Shown piece by piece: positions 6,880 through 14,975 of a stretch of DNA of 32,000 nt. The notes below the pieces were generated by a model. That model searched no databases, was not told the origin of the DNA, and saw nothing but the letters and a program-made list of their open reading frames with translations. Both the position numbers and the translations under genes were made by a program. The number at the start of each line of letters is the position of its first letter. Position 1 is the first letter of the stretch. The DNA is from Synechococcus sp. A15-24 (GTDB taxonomy: Bacteria > Cyanobacteriota > Cyanobacteriia > PCC-6307 > Cyanobiaceae). Location: assembly GCF_014280195.1 (NCBI RefSeq), contig NZ_CP047960.1:810001-842000 (forward strand), in the 5' to 3' direction.

Positions 6880-7618
6880 CCCCCATCTGGTGGCAGCCGA
6901 TGCGCCCCTGGTGCGTGAACGCCCGGCCATGGCCCTTCTGGAACGGGCCTTGCTGGAAGGGCAGCGCGAGAATCCCGATCTTGTGCTGATCAGCGGTGAT
7001 CTCTGCCAGGACGAGAGCTGGGGAGGCTATGTCCGCCTGCGACGACTGCTGGAGGCCCATGTCCATGGTCCGGTGGGGCTGTTGCCCGGCAACCACGATC
7101 ACCCGCTGCTGCTGAAGGCCGTGCTGGGTCGTCGTTTCTGCACGGCTCCCGCCGAGTTGATTGTTCAAGGCACGCGGCTGGTTCTGCTCAACAGCCACCG
7201 CAGCGGTTGTTCCGCCGGTTGGCTCGGGCCACACCAGCTGCAGTGGTTGCAGCAGCGACTCGCTGATCCAATGCGCCGGGATCTTCCTCTGGTGGTGGCC
7301 CTGCATCACCCGCCGGTGGCCATCGGTCATCCCGTGATGGACACGATGAATCTCAGCGATCACCACCAGCTGGCAGCCATTATTCAGCCCCACGCTGCGC
7401 TGCGAGCTGTGGTTTTCGGTCATATCCATCAGCACTGGCACGGAACCTGGCCCCAGCGTCCGGATGTCCCCCTGCTTGGCTGTCCGTCCACTCTGCGCAG
7501 TTTTCAGTGCGTGCAGCCCTGCCCGTTGGGCCGGGCGGAGGACCCGGGGGGGCGTCTTCTGGAGATTCACACCGACGGCAGCCTCAGCCAGCGTGTGCTG
7601 CGCTGGTCCCCCTGTTGA
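6857..7618 (+). CDS. metallophosphoesterase, CpdA-like (class III cyclic-nucleotide phosphodiesterase signature)
   Basis: [11 protein letters not shown] (DxH), ISGDL (GD), PGNHDH (GNHD), ALHHPP and FGHIHQH (GHxH) appear in the canonical order. ATG at 6857 lies inside the track ORF 6830..7618. Confidence 0.8.
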   Translation: MRILQLSDPHLVAADAPLVRERPAMALLERALLEGQRENPDLVLISGDLCQDESWGGYVRLRRLLEAHVHGPVGLLPGNHDHPLLLKAVLGRRFCTAPAELIVQGTRLVLLNSHRSGCSAGWLGPHQLQWLQQRLADPMRRDLPLVVALHHPPVAIGHPVMDTMNLSDHHQLAAIIQPHAALRAVVFGHIHQHWHGTWPQRPDVPLLGCPSTLRSFQCVQPCPLGRAEDPGGRLLEIHTDGSLSQRVLRWSPC

Positions 7619-7620
7619 GC

Positions 7621-7872
7621 TCAGCCCATTCCCCTCTGGGATTCACGGAAGGCCTTCAATTTGTCGATGTCCTTCTCCTCATCAATGCTGTAGTCGGTCA
7701 GGATCAGCGCCTTGCCGATGGTGCCGAGGGCGTATTCGATCCGATCGAGATCCCGCCGCCCACTCTTGTCCTTCCGGGCTGCTCGGATCACCTCGGGACG
7801 AAGCTGATCGGCCAGTTGCTCGATGGCGGTTGCGATGGCGCCGGCCTGATCCAGCGGGTCGGTGTGATCCAT
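7621..7872 (-). CDS. hypothetical small protein
   Basis: Track ORF 7621..7893 (TTG); first ATG at 7872 (MDHTDPLDQAGAIATAIEQLADQL...). Helical and charged; no family recognised. Confidence 0.5.
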   Translation of the reverse strand: MDHTDPLDQAGAIATAIEQLADQLRPEVIRAARKDKSGRRDLDRIEYALGTIGKALILTDYSIDEEKDIDKLKAFRESQRGMG

Positions 7873-7916
7873 GGAGGCCTGCGGCGTGGGCAACAGGGAA
7901 ACTCTGCCAGCTGGGC

Positions 7917-8609
7917 TCAGAACCCCCGGGCTACCGGCCGTTGACTCGAGAGAGACACGTTGCCGGGGGGGGAGGAGGGCTGCAGTGCTGCAGCGGGGGC
8001 CGCCACGGCATTGAAGGCGAGCGACCAGCGTTCACCATCGCCACGGAAGGGCATCACCGAATGGGGCTGCCAGGCCGGGAACACGTAGTACTCACCAGGC
8101 ACCGGCAGGACGTAATGGGCCATCCCGGTGCGGAAGGACTGCAGATGCCAGTCCTCTGGACCGTGAAAGCAGAGCTGGCCGTCAAAGCTGTTGCCGTTGA
8201 TCTGGGGGGGCACCTTGAGGAAGATCACCCCAGAGAAGCTGCCGCCGTGGGTATGGGTTGGGTTGTAGTCGCCGGCGGTTTGGCAGTTGATCCATAGATC
8301 GATCATCTGCAGCCGGTAGCGACCTGGCACCCAGGGACCACGCCCCTGGGGTGGCTGCCGCTCCATCACGTGGCGGATCCAGCGATCACAGGCAGGAAGC
8401 AGAACCTCCGCACTGAGTTGTTGCACCGCCGGTTGGTCAGGCCGTAACTCCCGTTGCTGACGCAGCTGTCCAGCCAGCTTGGCGGAGGCGTCGGGACTGG
8501 CTGAAGGATTGGCCAGAACCGATTCACCCAGATCGATCAGCTGATTCAGCAGGGGAGCTGGAAGTGTGCCTCGCAGAATGGAGCGTGGAAAGAGGTCAAG
8601 AACGTCCAC
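7917..8609 (-). CDS. 2OG-Fe(II) oxygenase-like protein (TIGR02466 / 2OG-FeII_Oxy_5-type, recall)
   Basis: WINCQTAGDYNPTHTHGGSFSGVIFLKVP ... YYVFPAWQPHSVMPF resembles the small jelly-roll oxygenase family common in marine cyanobacteria and cyanophages. GTG start. Confidence 0.6.
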   Translation of the reverse strand: MDVLDLFPRSILRGTLPAPLLNQLIDLGESVLANPSASPDASAKLAGQLRQQRELRPDQPAVQQLSAEVLLPACDRWIRHVMERQPPQGRGPWVPGRYRLQMIDLWINCQTAGDYNPTHTHGGSFSGVIFLKVPPQINGNSFDGQLCFHGPEDWHLQSFRTGMAHYVLPVPGEYYVFPAWQPHSVMPFRGDGERWSLAFNAVAAPAAALQPSSPPGNVSLSSQRPVARGF

Positions 8610-8676
8610 CGGCTTACTGCAACGCTGCAGGTCATCGTGCCAGCGCCAGAGTGGAGGCGATGTTCATGGGGTGGTG

Positions 8677-9180
8677 ATGCTGCGCAAGGTACTGCTCACG
8701 GGTTTGTTGCTCCTGGGCTGCAGTGCGGCGGTCGTGGCGCAGCCGTTGCCAGGCCAGCAGGGGCCGACGGCAGAACTGCTCGAGGGCGGCGGCCTGCGGC
8801 TGAGCACGCGTCGCACCAGCGACCGCTTCCCCGATGGCAACGGGCTCTGGAAGGTGGAGCTGCACCGCGGCGAGCAATTGTTGGCCAGCTGGGATGCTGC
8901 TAGCGGCATTGCCGAACGGCAGACCGCAGACCGACGCTGGAGTCCGGGCAATGCAGCCCCTCTCCCTGCTGGTGATTACAGCCTGGGACAGCCGGAACCC
9001 TGGGGAGATGATCTCTGGTTCGATCTGCAGCCGCGCTTTGATACCACCCGCAGCGCCCTGGGCATTCACCGTTGCTATCCAGGGACGGGTTGCATCTGCA
9101 TGCCGAGCCGCGCGGAGATTGGTGCATTGGCAGCTTGGGTGAAACGGGGACGACTAAGCAGGCTGCGTGTGATCAACTGA
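8677..9180 (+). CDS. exported L,D-transpeptidase-fold protein (YkuD / DUF2778-like catalytic motif)
   Basis: ATG at 8677 gives the signal peptide MLRKVLLTGLLLLGCSAAVVA. The C-terminal LPAGDYSLG...FDLQPRF...ALGIHRCYPGTGCICMPSRAEIGALAAWV fits the His...GC(I) active-site pattern. Confidence 0.5.
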   Translation: MLRKVLLTGLLLLGCSAAVVAQPLPGQQGPTAELLEGGGLRLSTRRTSDRFPDGNGLWKVELHRGEQLLASWDAASGIAERQTADRRWSPGNAAPLPAGDYSLGQPEPWGDDLWFDLQPRFDTTRSALGIHRCYPGTGCICMPSRAEIGALAAWVKRGRLSRLRVIN

Positions 9181-9259
9181 ACCCAATCGCTATCAAAGAC
9201 AAGTCGTCTGCAGCACCGACCAAAGCCGTTGGGATCTTTAGAGACGTGTCGTCCTCCCC

Positions 9260-10273
9260 ATGACCGCCTTCATGGATGTGAACATCTGGATGATCGTCGG
9301 CTTCCTGCTGGCGGCCTATTCCGTTGTGGCCAACGACTCACTGCAGACGTTGGGCACCTACATCTCATCTCATAAGAAGCGCACCCCGAAAGTGGTGCAG
9401 ATGCTGTTCATTTGCACCGTCACCATTGTCGTTCTGATGGTGGGTTGGTTCCTCAAGGACGGTGACCCGGCCTGGGGCCGCCTGAGTGTTCCTGGCAAGG
9501 AGTTTCCTCTGCCCGAGCCATTCAACTGGATCTACATCCTTCCGCCCATTGCGGTGTTGGCTCTCACCCAGTGGGGCGCTCCTGTCAGTACCTCGTTTCT
9601 GGTGCTGTCGTCGTTCAAGCCGGCCAATATCGGCAAGCTGCTCAACAGCTCGCTGACGGGTTATGTCCTGGCTTTCTGCGTGGGCCTGGCGGCCTATGGC
9701 CTGGGCATGTGGCTGCTGGAACGTTGGGTGTTCCGCCGCACGCAGGAGGGCAAGGACTTCAACAAGGTCTGGTATGGCCTGCAGTGGTTCTCCACCGGCT
9801 TCCTCTGGAGCATGTGGCTGGTGCAGGACCTGGCGAACATTTTCGTGTTCCTCCCCCGCAAGCTGGATTTCTTCCCGATGGCGATCTGCACGGCGGTGCT
9901 GTGCGTGGGTCTCTGTGTGCTGGTGGCCACCGGCGGTGGACCGATTCAGGGGGTGCTGCGGTCCAAGACGAACACGTCCGACCTGCGCTCGGCCACGGTG
10001 ATCGACTTCTTCTTTGGCCTTTGTCTGCTCTACAAGGCGTTCCTCTCCACCTTCCCGCTGAGCACCACCTGGGTGTTCCTGGGTCTGATCGGGGGTCGGG
10101 AAATCGCCCTGCGGATCAAGGAGCAGGAATTTGAGTACGTCTTCACCAACCGCGAGAGCGGCAATCTGGGGAAGATCATCGGTAGTGATCTCTGGAAGGC
10201 CTTCGTCGGTGTGGTGGTGAGTCTCGTGATCGCGCTGAGCATCCAACCTTTGGTGCAACTCACCGGCGGTTGA
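9260..10273 (+). CDS. polytopic integral membrane protein (weak PiT/Pho4-like N-terminal motif)
   Basis: 337 aa with about 9-10 hydrophobic segments. VANDSLQTLGT faintly recalls the GANDxxN motif of PiT transporters. Followed by a clear terminator. Confidence 0.7.
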   Translation: MTAFMDVNIWMIVGFLLAAYSVVANDSLQTLGTYISSHKKRTPKVVQMLFICTVTIVVLMVGWFLKDGDPAWGRLSVPGKEFPLPEPFNWIYILPPIAVLALTQWGAPVSTSFLVLSSFKPANIGKLLNSSLTGYVLAFCVGLAAYGLGMWLLERWVFRRTQEGKDFNKVWYGLQWFSTGFLWSMWLVQDLANIFVFLPRKLDFFPMAICTAVLCVGLCVLVATGGGPIQGVLRSKTNTSDLRSATVIDFFFGLCLLYKAFLSTFPLSTTWVFLGLIGGREIALRIKEQEFEYVFTNRESGNLGKIIGSDLWKAFVGVVVSLVIALSIQPLVQLTGG

Positions 10274-10299
10274 ACCCGTCCGATTCACGGGTCATGTGA

Positions 10300-10323
10300 G
10301 CGGTCCTTCGGGGCCGCTTTTTC
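10300..10323 (+). terminator. rho-independent terminator
   Basis: gcggtcc-ttcg-gggccgc forms a 7-bp stem including one G-U with a UUCG loop, followed by ttttt. A second hairpin acccgt-ccgattc-acgggt lies at 10274-10292. Confidence 0.75.
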
Positions 10324-10513
10324 ATTTGGTTTGCCACTCCGATCATTCAATGTCCTTAAGGATCGATTAAGACGGACGTCTTGACCGGCTCGGTTTCGTC
10401 CGGCCCAATGGCGTCAACACCTCGCGAATACCCTGACCAGCCCACGATCCCAGCGCCGCGATGCCACCGGCCGTTTTCAGTCCAGCGGAGATGCCAAGGC
10501 ACGCCCTGTTCAG

Positions 10514-10978
10514 GTGTGGCTGAAGCCTGATGTGCTCGAACGGCTGGATTCCTACTGCTTGTTTTATGGCGTCGGACGCGGACGTGCCATTGGCCATCTG
10601 CTGCAGGGGGCCCTCCCTGATCCCAGCTGGCTTCCGCAGCGACCGGTCTTTCTCGAGGAGTCATCTGACGGCGCAGAAGCTTGCACCGGAACGCCGGCAG
10701 AAACCACGCCTGAAGCTGATCCATCCCTCCCGTCTGCTGCTGAGCGGCCGATGCCGTTGTTCCAGGCCGGAGATCGCATCAGCAACAACAGCGGACGACG
10801 CCATGGGGTCATCGCTGAGGAGCCCTGTCTGTGGGCCGAGCCGGTGCCACTGCCCAACTGTGGCCAGCGCCCTGGCCACTGGACCTACGCCGTGGCCTGG
10901 GATGGTCAGATGGGGCTGACCATCCGCTACGCCGAGGATCTGCTGCGTCCGCAGGAGCAAGACCGACAGGTCGGCTGA
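10514..10978 (+). CDS. hypothetical protein, N-terminus ribbon-helix-helix-like
   Basis: GTG start. WLKPDVLERLDSYCLFYGVGRGRAIGHLL resembles an RHH strand-helix-helix. A Pro/Ser/Glu-rich linker leads to a C-terminal domain containing HWTYAVAWDGQMGLTIRYAEDLL. Antisense ORFs look non-coding. Confidence 0.4.
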   Translation: MWLKPDVLERLDSYCLFYGVGRGRAIGHLLQGALPDPSWLPQRPVFLEESSDGAEACTGTPAETTPEADPSLPSAAERPMPLFQAGDRISNNSGRRHGVIAEEPCLWAEPVPLPNCGQRPGHWTYAVAWDGQMGLTIRYAEDLLRPQEQDRQVG

Positions 10979-11042
10979 GGGGCTGTGGTCACTGGCCCTG
11001 GTTCTGGCTGTGGGATGAGAAGGCGGGACCTTGGAGCACTCA

Positions 11043-11358
11043 ATGACCTGGCTGCTGCTGCTGTTGATCCCCATGACGGCCGCCGCAGCACCGCAACTTC
11101 CCCTGAGTCCGCAGCAGTCGATCGTGGAAGCACACCGCTCACTGCTGGCAGCTGGATGGCATCGAGCCGGATCAGCAGCCATCTCCTAATGAACGTCGCT
11201 GGTCCGCAGTGACGCTGGACAGCTTGTCCTCCTGTTCCGGCACTGGGGAGGGGTTCTGTCGGTTCGATTACCGCCGTGAAGGTGAGACGCTGTCGGTGGT
11301 GACTGTCCCCTCGAGGCCAGGTGAAGCCTCCGTTGGTCGGGTGACCCAGTGGTGGTGA
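11043..11358 (+). pseudogene. secreted small protein gene split by a frameshift
   Basis: Frame 0: ATG 11043 MTWLLLLLIPMTAAAAPQLPLSPQQSIVEAHRSLLAAGW... stops at TAA 11187. The next frame is open 11107-11358 and reads ...IEPDQQPSPNERRWSAVTLDSLSSCSGTGEGFCRFDYRREGETLSVVTVPSRPGEASVGRVTQWW. Each piece is under 60 aa, so neither is in the track. Confidence 0.35.
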
Positions 11359-11925
11359 TCAGGGGTTGAGCCGCTGTTCCAGCCAGCCGTCCTCCCGGCG
11401 CCAGAGCAGGCGCTGGTGAGGGTGGTGGCTCAGGTCGAGCAGTTCCACCTGCTGGATGCTGATCGGCACCACCACGAAGTGGTCCGGCACGGGAACACCC
11501 TCCGGGAGTTCCTGGGGGAAGGGCGCTGCGGGTTCAAAGGGTTGACCTGGATGCGGCCATCCCCACAGGGCTCGTCCACTGGGAGACAGGGATCGCCACT
11601 GGGCCTGGTCTGGGGAGGCCGCCACCGGTGCAGCTGTTCCCCGAAGCCGGTACTGCTGCTTGGCTTTCGTCAGCAGCCAGCAGAGTTCCACCTGGGGTTG
11701 ATGGTTCAGCTCGGTGATTTTGCTGCTGCGGCCATCCGTGTACAGCTCCAGTTGATCCGTTCCGTTCCAGCCGCGGAACACCAGCGTTCTCACCCTGGGG
11801 GTGCCATCAGAGGCCACGGTGGCGAGTTGCAGCCAGCGGGCACTCACCTGGCGGCCTTCGCGCTTGAGGGCACCGCGAAGTCGTTGGCGCCAGGAGGGCA
11901 GGTCTCCATCCGTCGCTGCTGTCAT
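11359..11925 (-). CDS. pyridoxamine 5'-phosphate oxidase-like FMN-binding protein
   Basis: 188 aa with an ATG start. ARWLQLATVASDGTPRVRTLVFRGW...ELCWLL...QYRLRG...LWGWPHPGQP fits the PNPOx-related split-barrel family. Confidence 0.75.
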   Translation of the reverse strand: MTAATDGDLPSWRQRLRGALKREGRQVSARWLQLATVASDGTPRVRTLVFRGWNGTDQLELYTDGRSSKITELNHQPQVELCWLLTKAKQQYRLRGTAAPVAASPDQAQWRSLSPSGRALWGWPHPGQPFEPAAPFPQELPEGVPVPDHFVVVPISIQQVELLDLSHHPHQRLLWRREDGWLEQRLNP

Positions 11926-11969
11926 CGACTGAAATAGCTCCTCAGAACGGAAAACATGGGCTGGCAGGG

Positions 11970-12239
11970 TTGATCAAAGAGTTGATCATCACCGTGGCGA
12001 GTGACCTGAAAGAGCGTGTGCTCAGTGCCCTGCGCGCTTGCCGAAGCTTGGACGACTTGGTGGCCTTGGATGAACAATTGGCCATTGATTGTCGCGACGC
12101 TCCCTTGCACCGCGTGATCTGCGATGCCCTTCGCGATCGCAGTGTGGCCCCGGTGGAAGCCGCTAATTGGCTGACGACCCTGATGGAGCACCGCAACCAG
12201 CAGCTCACGGCTTGTTTGAACCTGTCCTGCCAGGTCTGA
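11970..12239 (+). CDS. hypothetical small helical protein
   Basis: 89 aa with GC3-rich codons. The start is uncertain (TTG 11970, TTG 11982 or GTG 11994). Both antisense ORFs look non-coding. Confidence 0.45.
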   Translation: MIKELIITVASDLKERVLSALRACRSLDDLVALDEQLAIDCRDAPLHRVICDALRDRSVAPVEAANWLTTLMEHRNQQLTACLNLSCQV

Positions 12240-12241
12240 GG

Positions 12242-13159
12242 TCAGGAGAGTCCAAATAGCCTGGCCTGCTCAACGGCGGCTCGGATCACGATGGCGTGCC
12301 TCCTCACCAGGGGCATCAGTTCGTCGTACCCCCCTCCGATCACTGTGGCGATGGGGATGCTCCGGCGCAGGGCCGCATCCAGGACGAGTCGATCGCGTCG
12401 TAACAGTCCCTCGTCGCTCAGCTCCAGTCGTCCAAGCCGGTCATCCCGGTGGGGGTCCACACCGGCGTTGAACAGCACCAGATCCGGTTGTTGGTCATCC
12501 AGCACCTGCGGGAGTCGGTCCCCGATGGCGGCCAGGTAGTCGTCATCTCCGGTTGCATCCCCGAGGGGAATGTCGATGTCGCTGGCCACTTTGCGCAGCG
12601 GAAAATTGCTGGCGGCGTGGACGGACAAGGTGGTGATGCGCGGCTCATGGGCAAAGCAGGCCGCGGTGCCATCGCCCTGATGCACATCCAGGTCCACCAC
12701 CAGCAAGCGTTGCACCTCGCCGTTGTCCAGCAGCACCCGCGCTGTTATGGCCACGTCATTAAAGATGCAGAATCCGCTCCCAAAGCCGGGATGGGCGTGA
12801 TGGGTTCCCCCTGCCAGGTGACAGGCGATTCCATGCTGAAGTGCCAGGCGAGCCGTCAGCAAGGTTCCCCCGACAGATAGCCAGGTGCGCTGCACCAGGG
12901 GGCGGGTGGCAGGAAGCCCAATGCGGCGCTGCTCCGAGCGGCTGAGTTGATCACGGCTGAAGGCCTGGTGGTAGCTGCGACGGTGGATGCGCTCCAGATC
13001 CCGTCGGGGGATGCTGAGGGGGCGGCGGATCTGGTTGGCCTGCAACACCTGCTCGTCAAGCAGCAAATGACGCAGCAGCCTGAATTTGGCCATCGGAAAG
13101 CGATGGGTCGATGGCAGCGGCGCCGAGTAGAGCTCGTGATAAACAGCGTGGAGTGTCAA
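12242..13159 (-). CDS. histone deacetylase-family (AcuC/HDAC-like) deacetylase
   Basis: HRFPMAKF, HLAGGTHHAHPGFGSGFCIFNDVAI, VVDLDVHQGDG and GGGY are canonical HDAC-family motifs. The TTG start overlaps the upstream stop (TTGA). Confidence 0.9.
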   Translation of the reverse strand: MTLHAVYHELYSAPLPSTHRFPMAKFRLLRHLLLDEQVLQANQIRRPLSIPRRDLERIHRRSYHQAFSRDQLSRSEQRRIGLPATRPLVQRTWLSVGGTLLTARLALQHGIACHLAGGTHHAHPGFGSGFCIFNDVAITARVLLDNGEVQRLLVVDLDVHQGDGTAACFAHEPRITTLSVHAASNFPLRKVASDIDIPLGDATGDDDYLAAIGDRLPQVLDDQQPDLVLFNAGVDPHRDDRLGRLELSDEGLLRRDRLVLDAALRRSIPIATVIGGGYDELMPLVRRHAIVIRAAVEQARLFGLS

Positions 13160-13458
13160 GGGTCCAGCCGCAGTTGGCAGGCCGCAAACTGCGCGTTCAC
13201 GTCATTGAATCCTCTGGCGATGTTGGCTTTGCCGTCATGCGGAGTCTCCTGATCGGCCGCCATCCGCTGAAGAACCTGCTTGATCAGGTCTTGGACTCGG
13301 GGTCTGGAGATGTCCCCATCGCGCAGCAAGCGACAGAGCACGGCTCCTCCTCCGGATCCGAGCCCGTAAAAAAACGATTCGAAATCGAGGTTCAGGGATT
13401 GAGCCTGAGGCGGGGACGCTGTGATCAGCGCAAACGCGAGGGTGACGAGCGAACGCAC
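13156..13458 (-). CDS. small secreted hypothetical protein
   Basis: GTG start and signal peptide MRSLVTLAFALITASPPQAQS. 4-nt overlap with the HDAC gene start. Confidence 0.55.
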   Translation of the reverse strand: MRSLVTLAFALITASPPQAQSLNLDFESFFYGLGSGGGAVLCRLLRDGDISRPRVQDLIKQVLQRMAADQETPHDGKANIARGFNDVNAQFAACQLRLDP

Positions 13459-13487
13459 GGGCCTGAATGAATGGCCCTATTCAAAGG

Positions 13488-13739
13488 TCAGGCCAGCTGA
13501 CGTTCCATCAGCCAGGAATTGAAGCCACTGCGTTCCATTTCCGCGATGCAGTCCTGTTGTTTGCGGAGATGGCTCTGGCGGACACGCGTCAGCCGCTGTC
13601 CCTCCTGGCTGGACAGGCCGGCGGCCAGCCGCTGCTGGTGAAGCAGGTCCAGCTCATGGTCGAGATGGTCCATCAGTCTCAGCAACGAATATCCCTGCTT
13701 GATCTGCTGCTGGCTGAGCTCACTGACGAACCGACGCAT
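13488..13739 (-). CDS. hypothetical small helical protein
   Basis: ATG at 13739 is preceded by AGAGGA 4 nt upstream. 83 aa, charged and helical (MRRFVSELSQQQIKQGYSLLRLMDHLDHELDLL). Confidence 0.55.
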   Translation of the reverse strand: MRRFVSELSQQQIKQGYSLLRLMDHLDHELDLLHQQRLAAGLSSQEGQRLTRVRQSHLRKQQDCIAEMERSGFNSWLMERQLA

Positions 13740-14133
13740 CGCATCCTCTTAAGGATCTTTTAACTCTTGCATGCTGCGTCTCGCGGGACTCGGGCGTCTT
13801 GAGCCTGAGGGAACGGCCCGACGTGTTGTCGGGCCAGGCCTCCGTGTGTGAGGGGTGTCTCAAGCCCCAGCAGCAGCTTCCCGCCTTTGGCCAGTCGATG
13901 GGTGACCAAGGGCGCCAGCAGATGTGTCTCGGTGTGACTGGGCCGATTCCTGGTGCGATCGCCCAGGCGTCCACCCCAGATCTGGGGCACAAAAAAGCCC
14001 TATGCGATGTACTGGGCCGGGTGATGGGGATAATTCCATTGTGCATGCTCTCGTCAACACCAGATGTGGTGGTTGTTCGCCAGTGGGCACCAGGTTTGTC
14101 GGCGATATCCTCCGCTCAGCGAAAGAAGCTGCA

Positions 14134-14547
14134 ATGTGCGCCTGGAGCCCTAGGAACCCAGCTCAATCCAGGTCCAACTTGAGAAAGCAAAAGAAGTATC
14201 ACTACGTTTGGGACCTCGATTATGGCGTCCCACGCCTCGCTAGTCACACCAAGCGGGACCGTCTCAAACTTTTTGTTGATTCCGACGGTGATGGCCTGTT
14301 CACTAAGGCTGATGCTCTGGTTGGTCGTGCACGAATTTTCCGGGGCCAGGGCCGTGGCCAGCTGCTGGAGGGAGGCAGTTTCGGCACAATCCTGACGTTT
14401 ATGCACTCGAACCCAGCATTGAAGGTTTCCATGGCGACCTTCCAACGATGGTGGGGTTTCCCTTCCGGTCTCCAGCCGGTGAAGAGGTTGCTGTCTTCCA
14501 GCAGGTGCTCCAGGAGCAGTTGGTCTAAAACCGCCCGTTTCGGATGA
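14134..14547 (+). CDS. hypothetical protein with an EF-hand/dockerin-like DxDxDG loop (possibly decayed)
   Basis: Lower-GC segment. KKYHYVWDLDYGVPRLASHTKRDRLKLFVDSDGDGLFTKADALVGRARIF contains DSDGDGLFTKAD (14278-14313). The C-terminal third (RWWGFPSGLQPVKRLLSSSRCSRSSW) looks non-protein-like. The start is uncertain. Confidence 0.3.
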   Translation: MCAWSPRNPAQSRSNLRKQKKYHYVWDLDYGVPRLASHTKRDRLKLFVDSDGDGLFTKADALVGRARIFRGQGRGQLLEGGSFGTILTFMHSNPALKVSMATFQRWWGFPSGLQPVKRLLSSSRCSRSSWSKTARFG

Positions 14548-14668
14548 ATGCACCAGGCGGTGCAAGAGTTCCATGCTGCTTGGTTTGGCAGAGAATAAGG
14601 AGATGTTGGCTGCGGCCAGTCATCGTCCGAGAGTTGCGTTAGGTATCAAAAGACTGGTGGAGATTTCG

Positions 14669-14887
14669 ATGCGACTTGCCTTACTCCTTCTGCTGGTGTC
14701 GTTAACCCCTGCAGCTGTTTTCGCCCATGAATCCAAGTCAACCGCTGAGGGGATGACAGAAGAATTTGCGACTGCCGAGGCGATGCGGCTTGTTCCCAAA
14801 GGTGCGTCGGTGACAGATACCTCTTGCCGGAGTCAAGACGTTGCAGATTCGACCCGCTATAGCTGCATAGTCACCTACAGCGATTGA
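14669..14887 (+). CDS. small secreted protein (PepSY-like pattern, weak)
   Basis: ATG at 14669 follows ggtggag. Signal peptide MRLALLLLLVSLTPAAVFA, then a 53-aa mature part with two Cys. The segment has lower GC than its surroundings. Confidence 0.55.
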   Translation: MRLALLLLLVSLTPAAVFAHESKSTAEGMTEEFATAEAMRLVPKGASVTDTSCRSQDVADSTRYSCIVTYSD

Positions 14888-14948
14888 CGCCTGACATCCC
14901 AGACCACAGGTGGTCCGTAGTTGCGCCGTGTTCGCTGGTTGCGCAATT

Positions 14949-14975
14949 AAAAAAAACCGCCCTGGGGAGGCGGCT
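14949..14975 (-). terminator. rho-independent terminator downstream of tRNA-Pro
   Basis: On the minus strand, CCGCC-UCCCCAG-GGCGG is followed by eight U. It lies 34 nt past the tRNA 3' end. Confidence 0.65.

Noticed and set aside
13844-13856. Minus-strand ACCCCTCACACAC, resembling the conserved ACUCCUCACAC core of the cyanobacterial sRNA Yfr1, next to a perfect hairpin.
   Set aside because: It has one mismatch in the core. The flanking hairpin has no U-tract terminator, no convincing 5' stem-loop is present, and part of the motif would pair with upstream GGGG. It also falls inside a possible ORF. This is not enough to call an sRNA.
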